A stretch of 63,645 nt of DNA, filler included, from Kipferlia bialata (Eukaryota): assembly GCA_003568945.1 (NCBI GenBank). It is 6 parts of 6 records of this genome, joined end to end, with 100 filler letters (N's around TTAATTAATTAA, not from the genome) between each part and the next. Parts side by side here need not be neighbours in the genome. Positions count along the whole stretch, not along the records: positions 13,853 to 27,592 come from BDIP01000906.1; 5 more parts are not named here. One strand, 5' to 3'. Shown here piece after piece: positions 13,939 through 27,692 of this stretch. A program made the position numbers and the translations under genes. The first letter of the stretch is position 1. Every line of letters begins with the position of its first letter. The notes under the pieces were generated by a model. That model was not told where the DNA came from. It made no database searches and was given only the letters and a program-made list of their open reading frames with translations.

Positions 13939-14188
13939 GGTTCTAGCTGACCAGTCCTACTCTGTTGCTGCCTCTCTGTTCAAGGACACCCCTGTCAGTG
14001 TGGCTGCATGCTTCGGAGGACAAGGGATGCTACAGGTATAGAGAGCATATCATATTGTTGAAGTGTTGTAGTCTGAAATAGTAGAAGTAATATATATGTT
14101 TATGTATAGTATATGTATGTATATATGGACACCCCAGTCAGTGTGGCTGCATGCTTCGGAGGACAAGGGATGCTGCAGGTATATATAG

Positions 14189-14223
<35 letters not shown>

Positions 14224-14292
14224 TGAGAGGGGGATGGACACCCCGGTCAGTGTGGCTGTATGCTTTGGAGGGCAGGGCATGCTGCAGGTACA

Positions 14293-14329
<37 letters not shown>

Positions 14330-15202
14330 GGGGGGGAGAGAGAGAGAGAGATGGATGGACACCCCAGTCAGTGTGGCTGCATGCTTTAGGGGGCAGGGAA
14401 TGCTGCAGGTATATATAGTGTATATGTGTGTGTCCAAGATCCCACTCTTCGTCCGCTGTCAATTCTATAAAGTTGATCCCATGATCCTATTCTGACCCCT
14501 CAGGAGGCCGCTGCCCTTGAGTCTGCCCATGTGGCCATATTCACACCGGGAAGGTAGTCTGTTATCATTGTATACAATGTGTATATTTTTGGTAGGCTGC
14601 TCATGTTGCCATATTCATACTGGGAAGGTACAGTTTTGCTGTGTACTAGTTTCTGAGCACCTCCAGTCCCCCTCCATGCCCCTCTCTACATAAGTCATAT
14701 ACATAGTATTAATGTATATATATATATATAGATTGTTCTATAGATTGTCTTACCTTTAGGCTGACTGAGCACCTTTAGTCCCCCTCCATGCCTATTCATA
14801 TATACACAAATATATATTCACAATACACATGTATATATGTATACCTCTCATCCCTAGGCTGACTGAGCACCTCCAGTCCCCCTCCATGCCCCTGTCCCTG
14901 TCCAGCCTGTCACTCCTGATAGTGGATGAGGCAGATAGGTATATATATACAGTGCATATACAGTATATATACAGTGTATATGGCTAATAGTATATAGTGT
15001 ATTATATATAGTATATACTATATATATACTATGTATATCCATGTCCCTGTCCAGCCTGACACTCCTGATAGTGGACGAGGCAGATAGGTATAGATATAGA
15101 GTGTATATAGTATAGTGTATATATAGAGTATATCAGTATATAGTATGTATATCCATGTCCCTGTCTAGCCTGTCACTCCTGATAGTGGACGAGGCAGATA
15201 GG

Positions 15203-15255
<53 letters not shown>

Positions 15256-15293
15256 ATCTACCCCCCTAGGTTTGTGGCCCAGTCCCACACACA

Positions 15294-15336
<43 letters not shown>

Positions 15337-16445
15337 CCCCCTAGGTTTGTGGCCCAGTCCCACACCCAGTGCCTGTCACTGCTCAACAGAGTCATACACG
15401 GGAAGCTAGGGTGAGTACTCTCTATATAGTCTGCGGCTAGAGTATGTATATAAATGTGCAGTATTCATATAGTAGTTCCCTGGGACTTCCCCCCTCTATA
15501 TATTACAATGGTGCATACTGATACTCACCCTCAGTCAGCCCACCTCCATCATACATACATTACTGTTTGTATAACTATTCCCATAACTAACTGCTAGCCA
15601 GCCCACCTCCATCAAGCCCTCCTTCTTCTGCAGTGGATCCACACAGACACTCGTCAGAAAGGTATATCATAGTACATATATAACGTATATTATATACATT
15701 ATATAAGTATATATATAGTGTGTGTCTGTGGTTTATACATTACCTTCTTCTGCAGTGGATCCACACAGACACTCGTCAGAAAGGTACATGGTATACATAT
15801 ATAACATATACTATATACAGTATTGTATATAGTTATTATATATAGTGGGTATCTATGTTCATTCTATATCCTTCTTCTGCAGTGGGTCCACACAGACACT
15901 CGTCAGAAAGGTGTGAAGGTAGTACAGTGGATACATAAACTACATACATACTACTAACTTGTAGGTCCTTGTATCAGCCACCCTTGGCAGTGACCCAGGT
16001 GTCATTGGTCTGTTCAAGCTGAGACACCCTGTGGTGCTGGCAGACAGGCACATCAAGGTATGGATGATGAAATATAATAGGGAACATATAAATATAGAGA
16101 GAAAGAGAGATACATTGAGATAGGGAGAGAGAGATGAGACACCCCGTGGTGCTGGCAGACAGACACATCAAGGTATGGGTATACATATATATGTAGATAC
16201 ATATATATAGACAGAGAGAGAGAGAGATAGACTTGCAGACAGACACATCAAGGTATGAGTGGTGTCTCTATGTATATATTGAGAGAGAGATCTCTCCCTC
16301 TACCTCACCCCAGCTCCCTTTCTCCATTGCCCAGTATGGCCTCTCTCTCTCTCTCTCCCTCCCTCTCACACACTCTAAAGAATGTATATATTGTGTCAAT
16401 GTAGATGTCTCTAAGCCTCAGCTCCCTGACTCCATTGCCCAGTAT

Positions 16446-16494
<49 letters not shown>

Positions 16495-16991
16495 CTGTAC
16501 TCACCCAGCTCCCCGACTCCATTGCCCAGTATGGTGTCACCACAGCCAACAGAATCACAACGGTGCTAGGTGAGTTTTGTACACATATATGTATATGTAT
16601 ACATGCAGTAGTATGGTTATGAATACGATCACAACATTGCTAGGATCATGGATCTATACTTTTCAGTAACTATACTAGTATGTATATGAATATTTATGAT
16701 CACACTAACCCCAGGCCTCATCACGGGTGCCTACCAGCTCAGTTACATAATACTAGTATATATATGTATATGATTGTATGTATATATATATACATGTCTT
16801 AACATATCCTCATTACAGGCCTCATCACCGGTGCCTACCATTCTGCTACACTATGTATATACACACCTACCCTCTCTCTCTATATATATACAGTAATACT
16901 CATGCTCCTATCTAACCCCAGGCCTCATCACGGGTGCCTACCAGCTCCAGCCCCACATGTCCAGAAAGCAGGAGCTGGCACTCAAGGTATG

Positions 16992-17025
<34 letters not shown>

Positions 17026-20000
17026 CCTCTAGACCCTCACATCAACCTCAGGCCCTTAAGAAGAAGGACCCCTCCCATGTTGAGCCCAAGCAGCCACCCC
17101 TGTCACTCCCCCTGCCCTGTGTGGTGTTCTGTGGAAGCAAGGCCGACGCTAGTACACTTAGCGCAGCACTCATAGGTGAGTGTATGCATAGTATATGTGT
17201 ATATGTATATCTGGTATTCTTTTATAGCAAGGCAGATGTTTCTACCCTATCTGCAGCACTCATAGGTATATATAGTGCAGCGCATGTACATAGATATAGT
17301 ATAAGTGTGTATATAGTAAGGCAGACGCAAGCACTCTGTCTGCGCCCTCATTGGTGAGTTATATACACTCTGTATTTATGACGTCCTGTATACGGGTTCC
17401 ATCACATGTATGTGTCATCTATACAGTGCTGACCCCTTAGGTCACGGTATCTACTCCGGTCTGAGGACCAAGCTGCTGCTGTCCACAAACATCAACGACA
17501 AGAAGAAGGTAAATATATATATACTGTACTATATACACTGTACTATATATATACACCCACACACATATATATTGTACAGTATTATGTATATATACATATA
17601 CATTAATTAGTACCCCATGTATTAATAATGCTCCTGTGCACAAACATCAACGACAAGAAGATATATTTATATATAAATATTTATGCATCTACCAGTATTG
17701 TATATACCGACAAGAAGAAGGTATACACCTCTGACTCTTTTATTGAGATGAATAGAATAGTATCGCCTCATCCCCGATAATATAGTTAAAAGTATACACG
17801 ATCATGATAGTTGTAATATAGTACTGTTGTCGCTCAATCACTTACCATCAGGGCTCCAAGGATGATACCCCCTCTGACTCTGAGTGGGATGTGTGTGTGT
17901 GCACAGACGTGGCTGCTAGGGTATGTATATGAATGTATAATTATATATATTTGTATAATAGATATGTGTTTCTGTATATCATTGGCTGCGTCCCACTTTC
18001 TCTCTCTCTCTAACAGTAAGGGTGTAGACTTCCCCGACCTTGGCTCTGTCCTCTCCCTGAGTGCCCCCACCAACACTGCACTCTATGTACACAGGGCGGG
18101 AAGGACAGGTATTGTACATGTATATACTGGATGGTGTATCAATTGTATATGTGTGTATGAGTAATTGTATGTGTATTAATTCCCGACCAACACTGCACTC
18201 TATGTGCACAGGGCGGGAAGGACAGGTACTTACATTAGTGTGTATTGGTTGTTGCTCTATGTATTCTCAATAGTATAAACATAGTCACTAACTGTACTTC
18301 TCTATTCTTGACTCTAGGCCGTGCCGGTAGAGATGGAGTGGTTGTCACCCACAGTACTATGTCTCTATATAAATATTGATGTATATATATGTATTATATA
18401 TATGTATGTATAGTAGTATCTTACCCTCTAGGCCGTGCCGGTAGGGATGGTGTGGTTGTGACACTGCTTGAGGACCAGCACGTCAACTGGTTCAGACAGC
18501 ACACAGTGAGGGGAATCAAGGGTACGTGTATACTATATATAGTATAGTATGGTATGTGTATATAGAGAGAGATAGTATGTCAACTGGTTCAGACAGCACA
18601 CAGTGAGGGGAATCAAGGATATGGTAGTGTATAGGTATAAGTGTATATATTAATGCAATTATCATATCTAACTCCAGGCATCAAGATGCATATTATATAT
18701 GTATATTTCTATACCTAGTCAGGTATAGACAATTCTCTTATGTACACTTATGTACAGTTATATACAGTTATATACAGTTATATTCTCACTCCAGGCATCA
18801 AGATGCTGGAGGACCCAGAGGAGACTGAGGAGACAGAGGAGATGGAGGGAGAGGGAGAGGCACTCCCTGAGGAGGTTGTGGATACAGAGGCCGCACAGGG
18901 AGAGGGAGAGGGAGAGACTGCCCAGGAGGCCCAGTATGATGAGTATGGAAACGAGTATGGAAACGAGTACGGAAACGAGTATGGAAACGAGTACTATGAG
19001 GAGGATACCACCTCCAAGTGGCAGAAGGGAGAGTACGGGGCTGCCAGGAGGGCTGCTAAGAAGGCTGCTAGGTAACATCTGCCTATTGTGTGAATGTATC
19101 AATATAGTACAATATTGAGGTCTATAACTGTAATTATGAATACTAATACCTAATACTAATACAGGCACGCCAGGGAGAGAGACGAGGAGGAGTACGATGA
19201 GTATGAGCACTATGACGAGTATGAGGGAGAGGCATACGAGGAGGAGGGATACGCCCCTGAAGTGCAGGTATGTATAGGACTATACACCCAAATATACACA
19301 TACACACATATATATATATCCTTCGATGAGTAGAAGAGGAGAGGCATACGAGGAGGAACACGCCCCCGAGGTTCAGGTACAATATATGCTTATATGTAGA
19401 TGTGTGTAACTTTATGCTTACCCTAGGCCCACCTTGCTGCCCAGACCGAGGATGTCCAGATGGAGGCAGAGGCAGGGGTATGTATGAACTATGTATAATG
19501 TAAACATTACATATAGTTTCCCTTCTGTGTTTGATGTATTCAAGTGCATTAAGAATATATGCATGTGTATACCCATTGTGTCTATCTCCAGGATGTCCCT
19601 GGGCCTATATAGATATGTCCTACTTCTTTGTTATCATTTATTTGTACCACTGCATCTGATTTCTTATCTCCAAGAGGCCCCTGAGACAGAGGGAGAGACA
19701 ATATATACACTCTATCACTGATATTTCTCATATTCAGGATGCCCCTGAGGCAGAGGGAGACTCTGATGCCGAGGAGTCTGAGCCTGAGAAGAAGCAGAGG
19801 GTGGTGCTGCCTGAGCAGAGGTGATATATATTACGACATGTATATAATAGTTCTGGGTATATGTATGTGCCTGCAGTGTATATGCCTGAGAAGAGGCAGA
19901 GGGTGGTGCCGCCTGAGCAGAGGTACTATTCCTGATTGTCATATTGATTGCATGTGGGATGTTCTTCAACACATCTAACCGTTAGGCTCATTGAGGTTCC

Positions 20001-20305
20001 CTTAGGCTCAGAGAGATATGCCTCTCCCAACGGAGTGGCAAGCACTGCGCTGGACCTGTTCAGATCACCCGGTCAGGTATACACTCTATTTATGGCTCTC
20101 GCTCTCTCTCTCTCTATGGGTATAAATACACATATTCATTAATATATTATTGTCTTTCATCAGGTCCTGACTGGCAAGCAGAGGACGTCCTCTCTCTCTC
20201 TCTCTCTCTATTTATATATGTATATATATAAATATATACATTCGTATGCGTAACATCAGGTCCTGACCGGCAAGCAGTCCAACAAGGAGAGGACATCCTC
20301 TCTCT

Positions 20306-20356
<51 letters not shown>

Positions 20357-20586
20357 TATATATATACATGTCTATGTCTGACCCTTAGGTCCTGACTGGC
20401 CAGCAGTCCAACAAGGAGAGGACAGCGGCACTCTCTCTCTCTCTCTCTCTCTATTATTGTATGTATATATTCATTAATATACTGCCTTATATTAGGTCCT
20501 GTCTGGCCAGCAGTCCAACAAGGAGAGGACAGCAGCCCTCATGGACAGGTTCTACAGGGTATGGAGACAGTATGGATACATATATC

Positions 20587-20617
<31 letters not shown>

Positions 20618-21140
20618 GCAATTGTTATTATGTATGTATTGTATATAATAGCCTAGGACAGCAGCACTCATGGAGAGGTTCTACAAGGTATAGAGACATT
20701 GTGGATACAAATAGTATATGTATTAATATATATGTATGTATCTGTTCCTCACAACAGTCCGTGGGTGAGCATCCCCCCGGCATGTCCCCAGACACAGAGG
20801 GGGAGAGAGAGAGAGAAAGAGAGGTGTCTCCAATGGTGGACGCCTTCGTCAGCCTGCTACTCGATAAGTTCAGGTATGAGTATGCTATCGTGTAGGGTTA
20901 TCTGAGGTCTCATTTATACTATCGCGTAGTATATAACCCATAGTTCTCATGCCTAGGTTTGGCAAGAGCGACAGCAAGAGGGGTGATCGCAAGAGAGAGA
21001 GAGACTCCTCGAAGCAGGGCAAGAAGGGTGGAGAGAGAGAGAGAGAGAGCAAGAGAGAGAGCAAGAAGAGGAGCAGGGTTAAGGGGGAGGGAGAGGAGGA
21101 GAGGAAGGCGAAGAGGAAGCACAAGAAGGATAGGAAGTGA
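13939..21140 (+). CDS. DEAD-box RNA helicase, DDX51/Dbp6-like, with long acidic then basic C-terminal tail; 5' truncated
   Basis: Spliced motifs CFGG, FTPGRL, IVDEADR, LVSATL, VVFC, TDVAARGVDF, YVHRAGRTGRAG. Stop TGA at 21138-21140 after a K/R/E-rich tail. Subfamily assignment is tentative. Confidence 0.9.
13985..14408 (+). repeat. Exon 3' end plus donor site and three intronic echo copies (51 nt each)
   Basis: GACACCCCNGTCAGTGTGGCTG...ATGCTRCAG|GT at 13985, 14128, 14237 and 14358. Confidence 0.95.
18938..18996 (+). repeat. Coding 12-bp tandem repeat GAGTAYGGAAAC (EYGN x4)
   Basis: Directly visible inside the acidic helicase exon. Confidence 0.9.
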
Positions 21141-21628
21141 GGTGCTGGGAAGTGTTTGCCTATGAATAGACCGTTAGGACAAGGAGTATTTGGTGGTTAT
21201 TTGTATATCTTGGCAGTTTTCATATGTTGACTTTGTTCGTAGGGCTCTGAATGGTATGGATACTAGCCATTGGCTAGTTCACTAATCATAGTGACTAGGA
21301 ATCACTTGATGGTGTAAATGACACTCTCAGACTAAGAGTCCTAGTATTGGATCGCCAGGAACAGTTGCCACAGCCACCGAATCATTTGTTGTATATTATA
21401 ACTGTAGCGTGTTCCGTTGTGCTGTTGACTTATCATCACTCACAGTGACTCACTGTTGACATATCATCAGTGTTTGTCATGCCAATTGTAGACAAACCCC
21501 TCCTATGCATGAAACTGTATAGTAGACGTGTCCTGGTCTACAGTCTCCTTCACAGAGACATACCATTCATAGTCTCTTTACCCAAACACTGTACTGACCA
21601 GATTGATAGTAATTACAGTACTACCACC

Positions 21629-22561
21629 ATGCAGTGTCCCATCTGCTCCACCTCTGACGAGGGAGAGTGGGTTGCCACAAGGTGGGGACATGTAGAGTAC
21701 TATGTATGAATACATCCATACTACTTTGAATCTATTTATACCACTGGTGTGACCATGATTTTCGCAACACAAACACTCCTTCTATACCCTTATTCAGGTG
21801 TGGTCATGTCTTCCACAAGACCTGTCTCCGTGACTGGCTGGCTATGGTTGTGTCTGAGGACTATGCGAGGTACATAAAACACATTATCATATTGTGTTAC
21901 AGGTTCTATCATAGAACTTCTATGTACCTTACACTATGTCCGCATTGAAGACTCATCAAGTGGAATATCAATGTTAACACTGTACAGCATATAGTCTAGT
22001 TGAGTCACTCAATTCTCCAACTAGTACATAACGTATAGTATATACAGAGCGTACATATTCTCACCCCAGATCCAACGACACATGCCCGGTGTGCAGAGAG
22101 GACGTGCGTCTGGCTGACTGCATATCTCTCTTTGTGGAGGTATGAATCACTGTATGTACAGTAGTACTACAGTAGTACTGCTCACCTGTATGTGACGATA
22201 CAGTGACCCATTTCTTCAAGATGTGTGCCAGCTACCAAAGAAGCTTCACTCACTCCAGCCTACTTCCCAAGAGAGCCCCAGCTCTACCCACGACCAGTTT
22301 GATGATCTGAGGAAGACAGCTCGCAAGAACGACGATGCACTGCTGAGACTGCTGACGACAAAGATTTTGAAGTCTGTCAACCTCCTTCAGGAGAATGTGA
22401 ACATACTGAAGCTGGAACAGGACTTACGCGCCTGCAGAGAGAGAGTGAGGGTTCAGAAGGGTTCTCTGGCCAAGACAGATCGTCTCTACGACGAGGCTAA
22501 GAGGAGAAAGGATGAGTGGACGTCTCTGGTTGACAAGCTGCGCCACAACAACACTCCTTAG
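21629..22561 (+). CDS. RING-H2 zinc finger plus coiled-coil protein (TRAIP-like architecture), paralog 1, 4 exons
   Basis: MQCPICSTSDEGEWVATR|CGHVFHKTCLRDWL...|SNDTCPVCR, then a heptad-rich last exon ending TAG at 22561. Confidence 0.85.
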
Positions 22562-23200
22562 ATACTCAGCTAAAATAGATGTGAATGTGTAAGAGAGTGA
22601 TAGAGACCAACAAAGTGAGTATGATAGACACGCATAAGTTGTGCTACTATGAATCTAGCCGCTAGATTCTAGCGGCACAGGCATCAGATCATGAATATTT
22701 ATTTCACCCAACAGAGGTCCATAGAGGCACGACTGTGGTGTCAAACCTCCAACGTCGTACCATATACCAAGTTGGTTACCAGCATCGGTAACTGTATACT
22801 GAAGCCGGTCATCGTTCATAGAATATTCATGTTTGAGACGTGTCCGAGCGTGGATACTGCCACGCAAATGCCCCAATAACTACTCTAATCCATTCACTAT
22901 GTTAGTATATTTCACTATACATATCGAAACTCTGAATTCGAAAGCCATAGTAGTAGTATGTGTACAGCACTATGATACAGCACTATGATAGTATTGTAGC
23001 ACTGTAATGTGGGACTATGGTACTGCATCAGTAGTACTGTTGACACACTAGTTCCTGTCACCTGTGGACAGAGAACCTACTGTATAGTGGATATAGTCTG
23101 GTTTACAGTTCTCGTGACAAAGACATATCCTATTGAACATCTCTATATCCTATCAGAGGGTTCTGACCACTTTGCTATTAGTTCTACCACTACATCTGCA

Positions 23201-24664
23201 ATGCAGTGTCCCATCTGTTCCACCTCTGACGACAAGCAGTGGGTGGCAACAAGGTGAGGACATAACAACATGGCAAGTTGAAGATATACATATTTCTAAG
23301 TATCTATCTTGAGTGTATACTATATACATAGGGCATTATAGTAGTTAGGGCATTATATACAGTATAGAATGCCCTAACTACTATATACACTGTATATAGA
23401 GTGGGTGGCAACAAGGTGAGAACAGAATTTACTATAGTCATCTGTAATATAGATGCTATACAGACTATACATGCAGTGAGTAGCCACTAGGTGAATACAG
23501 AATGTACTATAGTCATCTATAATATATATGCTATTAAGACTATACATGCTGTGGGTTGCCACAAGGTGAGGTCTAGTAGGAAATCTGACTAATGAATATT
23601 ATGAAGGTATAGTATACAGTAACGTAAATTGGCAGTGTTTATGTTCCTCTTAGTTACTGTTAGGTGTGACCATATGTTCCACCAGAATAGTACTAGTACT
23701 GTTCAATGTGTATCCCTCCGTTGCTCAATGAACAATGTTAATCAACAATGGAAGAGTCTTTCATACTTCATGTTTAGTCCTGCCTTCCATGCACATAGAC
23801 AACTTCTAGAGATTCTATCCTGAAGTAATAATTTGTATATAGTCGTACACTATCCCTATTCTGAACTCTAGGTGTGGTCATATGTTCCACAAGACCTGTC
23901 TGAGTGACTGGCTCTCAGCTACTGTATCAGAGGATTATCAGAGGTACATACAACTGCTATACTAAAGAGACTATCAACTACAGCGTCTGATGACACTGAA
24001 AGGAATCATAATCAACGGGTCTACAATATAGACTCTACATCCTGCTACTGAGACTATGTACACCTAATTGATAGGCTTCAAAGAATGAAACTGAACATGT
24101 ATTGTCTCCAATCAGGAGACTTATAGCTCAAATCTCACATAAGAACCAATGACACATGCCCTGTTTGTAGGAAGCACGTGCGTATGGCAGACTGCGTGGC
24201 TCTTTTTGTGGAGGTATATCTATCCTTACCTCACAGCTGTGTATATATACTCATATACAGTGCTATTGACCGGGGTAACATTGATTGAAATCCGTGCAGT
24301 TGTCCATACCTTGTCCTAGCTAGCCACCTGACAACAGCCGGTGCAGCCAAACTCCCAAGAGACGCCTAGCTTAAAGACCACACCTGACCAGTTTGATGAC
24401 CTGAGGAAGATTGCTCGCAAGCACCGTTTCGACTTGGCGTCACTGGAGCTCTCAAAGAGGGCAACGACTTGTCGCCTTATTGTTGAGAAAGGGAAGCAAC
24501 GCAAGATGGAGCGGGACCTGCAAGCTTCCAGAGAGAGAGTCAGGGTTGGAGAGTGTTCCCTCGCAAAGACAGAACGGCTGATAACCGAGGCCAAGAGACA
24601 TGTAACCGAGTGGAATTCCCAGGTGGATGAGTTGCACAAGGACAAGGGCATACAGAGAAAGTAG
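23201..24664 (+). CDS. RING-H2 plus coiled-coil protein, tandem paralog 2, 4 exons
   Basis: MQCPICSTSDDKQWVATR|CGHMFHKTCLSDWL...|TNDTCPVCR with the same intron positions as paralog 1; shared DQFDDLRK and DLxAxRERVRV. Confidence 0.85.
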
Positions 24665-25034
24665 AGGCCAGATTCTGTTGTATAAGTCAAGGAACTCCAG
24701 TTCGGAGAGAAAGTGCCTGTTCATTGTTCGTATGTAACATACGACGTATGTTCAGTTCAATATTTGTTCATATCATAGTGTTCATAAGCCTGTTCATTGA
24801 GACTTTCGACTCGACGCGGTGTTTTTGGCCCTCAGGGAGAGAAAGAGAGATAATAAAAGTCCATTCGGGAGAGGCCCGTACTCTATGGGCACATCAACTG
24901 GTGAAGGGTGTCCACATAGAGACAGTTATATTTATATGCATCTATTATAAAAATAATTACGTCCATATGATAGAGCGTTTCTATCATGCACTAACGGTCA
25001 TGCTAAGTAGAGTGTCCACACAAAGGTCCTCAAG

Positions 25035-27359
25035 TTAGAGAGAGAGAGGGAGAGGGTACATCAACCGGAGCAGGGTATCCTCGCACACACTTCCCATAAT
25101 GGGACCGGACTGAGGCACTCTAGTCTCTGATGATTGAACTGGTGCAAACTGGCGTAAGCTCAACTCGCGTGTACACTTGTATTCAGATCTGTATGTCGGA
25201 TAGAGACACAAAGTAGGTCCTCGATCAGATGGTCGTCTCCCTCTATCTCACTTCGGTACACACATATATACACACACATATTCAATTGTAGCGTATCTAT
25301 GTCGGATATACTGGATAGAGACATCTACCTGCATCAGATGGTGGTTTCCCTCTATCTGACATGCCAGTACGATATCAGTGTCCGTAGACCCGAGCTGGGT
25401 CCATGTCCCTGTTAGAGTGAGCAGCAACGGTAAAGGAGTGAGTATTAACAAGAGAAAGAAAACAGATGAGTAAGAATGGTTGGATGATGGTTGTGTCCGT
25501 GGAACCGAGCTGGGTCCAGGTCCCGTTGAATCAGAAGGAAAGGGGAAGTCACAAAAAATCAAAGAGAATGAGAGACTGCTGTATATTGCAGTATGTGTAA
25601 CGCAATTCTTGAGAAATGGACTACATTATACAGTACAACTTGTACTTTGTGCGTCTACCTGATACAACCTCAAAGGCAACCAGCCTGCGCTCCACAGTCT
25701 CCCTGAGATTAGGTGATATAATAATATAACAATATCTAAAGCATGTAAGCCTATTATTTATTGATACATACTAATAACGTTGGAAAGTGATAAACAGAAG
25801 TATGGTTTATAATTAGTGTGGCAATGGCTAGACACAGGTCCTTGCAGACCGAAATTAGCAGTGTTTGGATTATAGGGGAAAATGAATGGATTAGATTGGA
25901 TTAGATGGATTAGGTGATATGACAATACAAGTATTATATAGACACACTATTATATTCCATATATATAATAATATATGCATTATGTATTGTAATACTAGTT
26001 TAGCATGGCTAGACATAGATAATTGCGGACTTCAAATTGCAGTGTTATGAATATATGTGGAAATGCGTCTAAATATCTTGACAATACCTTGTTGGCCGGC
26101 GAATAGCCCTTGTGTGTCTCTCTCTAGGCCGCTGAATCATCAGAATCGTCCAGGCACTTACAGAGAGAGAGCTTAGAAGTTGAGAGTAGTCACTTAGGTC
26201 ACTTAGAGTTCCTGTAATACATATGTTTGAATATGAATCAGAGAATATGACATAGACTAGACATATACATAGACTATATATAGACACTACACACTGTCCA
26301 TGCAAGTTGCATGGCGCAACAGGGAATTTATAGATCCAAATGTCGTAACTTCATTGACTATATTGCATATAGTCTATGGTATCTATGGTATGGATTATCC
26401 AGTATATAGTCTTACCTGAGGTACAAACTGGATGCTGCAGATTACTGTGGAGCCAGATACCAGTATCTTTCTCAGGCGCTTGTACTCTGTTGGTAGAGTA
26501 CCCTCCACCTTCCATCCATCGCGTAGGTGGAAGCTGCAGTTAGAACCAGATGTGTCATAGTATGACTCATATGTATGACTCATACATACTGGTAATCTAT
26601 ACAACATGGCTTTACCACTAACGTACCTGACTACTGTACCACTTGAGCCCCGGCACCCATACTCCTCTTGGTTTGTGAAGATAAGCAGTCTATCGCCACT
26701 GACGCATACGGGGTCATCGTAGTAACTGGGAGTGAATCATTGATAATAGAGGGCGATATATATATATACATATATATGTATATATGTATAAAACAGACAC
26801 TGAGCAATATATAACTGGGAGTGAATGATTGATAATAGAGGGCGATATATATATGTATATATACATATCTAGATAAATAGACAGTGAGCAGAGGGTAAAA
26901 GAGAGAGAAGGTAGACCCGGGGACCAAGAGTGAATGACTGATATGGAAGGGGGAGAGGTTTGAGAGAGTAGGACCAGTAGCATCGTGCTCATCTGATTAT
27001 ATTTACATATATACATATATGGTGTATATACATGGTATTTTACATATGCACTTGTCAGCACTGTGGCATGAGGTGGCACATAGTATTTCCCATATATTTC
27101 CCTGCTGTATTTTGAAAATAGGGAAGGCAGACATGTTTGGCAGAATAGATAAGATATATAATAGAAGTGATATATAGTAATATATACAACATATATAATA
27201 ATACCAATAAATAATAGTTCTTCTCTTATCTGATACTTACCCTGCATTAGCCACCCCAGGGGGGGTATCACATAGCTCCTTGTAGCCATCGCTGGAAAGG
27301 CAGCCCGTCTTGTCACAGGCTATACGGACAACAGTGTCTTCGATGACTGTAAGGATTGT
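25035..27359 (-). CDS. Divergent Kelch-like beta-propeller family protein, multi-exon, 5' truncated
   Basis: Phase-compatible exons: TILTVIED...GVANAG|YYDDPVCVSGDRLLIF...|FHLRDGWKVEGTLP...|...|ETVERRLVAFEVVS|GTWTQLG...|...LLRLMYPLPLSL*. The motif order parallels the gene at 54118. Confidence 0.6.
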
Positions 27360-27372
27360 CTGATAGGTGAGA

Positions 27373-27403
<31 letters not shown>

Positions 27404-27592
27404 CACATATGTATATAAATATATATATATATACAACCTTCAATTACTGTGAGGATTGCCTGATAGGTGAGACTCTCTCTCTCTATATATATATATATAT
27501 ACATATATATATACACACAACCTTAAATAACTGTGAAGATTGCCTGATAGGTGAGTGGAGAATGGACATACACTCTATATATCCATTATATA

Positions 27593-27692
27593 NNNNNNNN
27601 NNNNNNNNNNNNNNNNNNNNNNNNNNNNNNNNNNNNTTAATTAATTAANNNNNNNNNNNNNNNNNNNNNNNNNNNNNNNNNNNNNNNNNNNN
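27593..27692. other. Artificial scaffold linker
   Basis: N-TTAATTAATTAA-N. Confidence 0.97.

Noticed and set aside
13985..15912. Repeat-spacer arrays resembling CRISPR
   Set aside because: Repeats are copies of helicase exon ends with splice sites, spacers are microsatellite intron DNA, the context is eukaryotic and no cas genes are present.
27250..27560. Apparent plus-strand exon with repeated GATAG|GTGAG donors and an in-frame TAG, hinting at a reassigned stop codon
   Set aside because: The minus strand gives a clean phase-compatible exon with three CTCACCTATCAG acceptors, and TAG terminates several other genes here.
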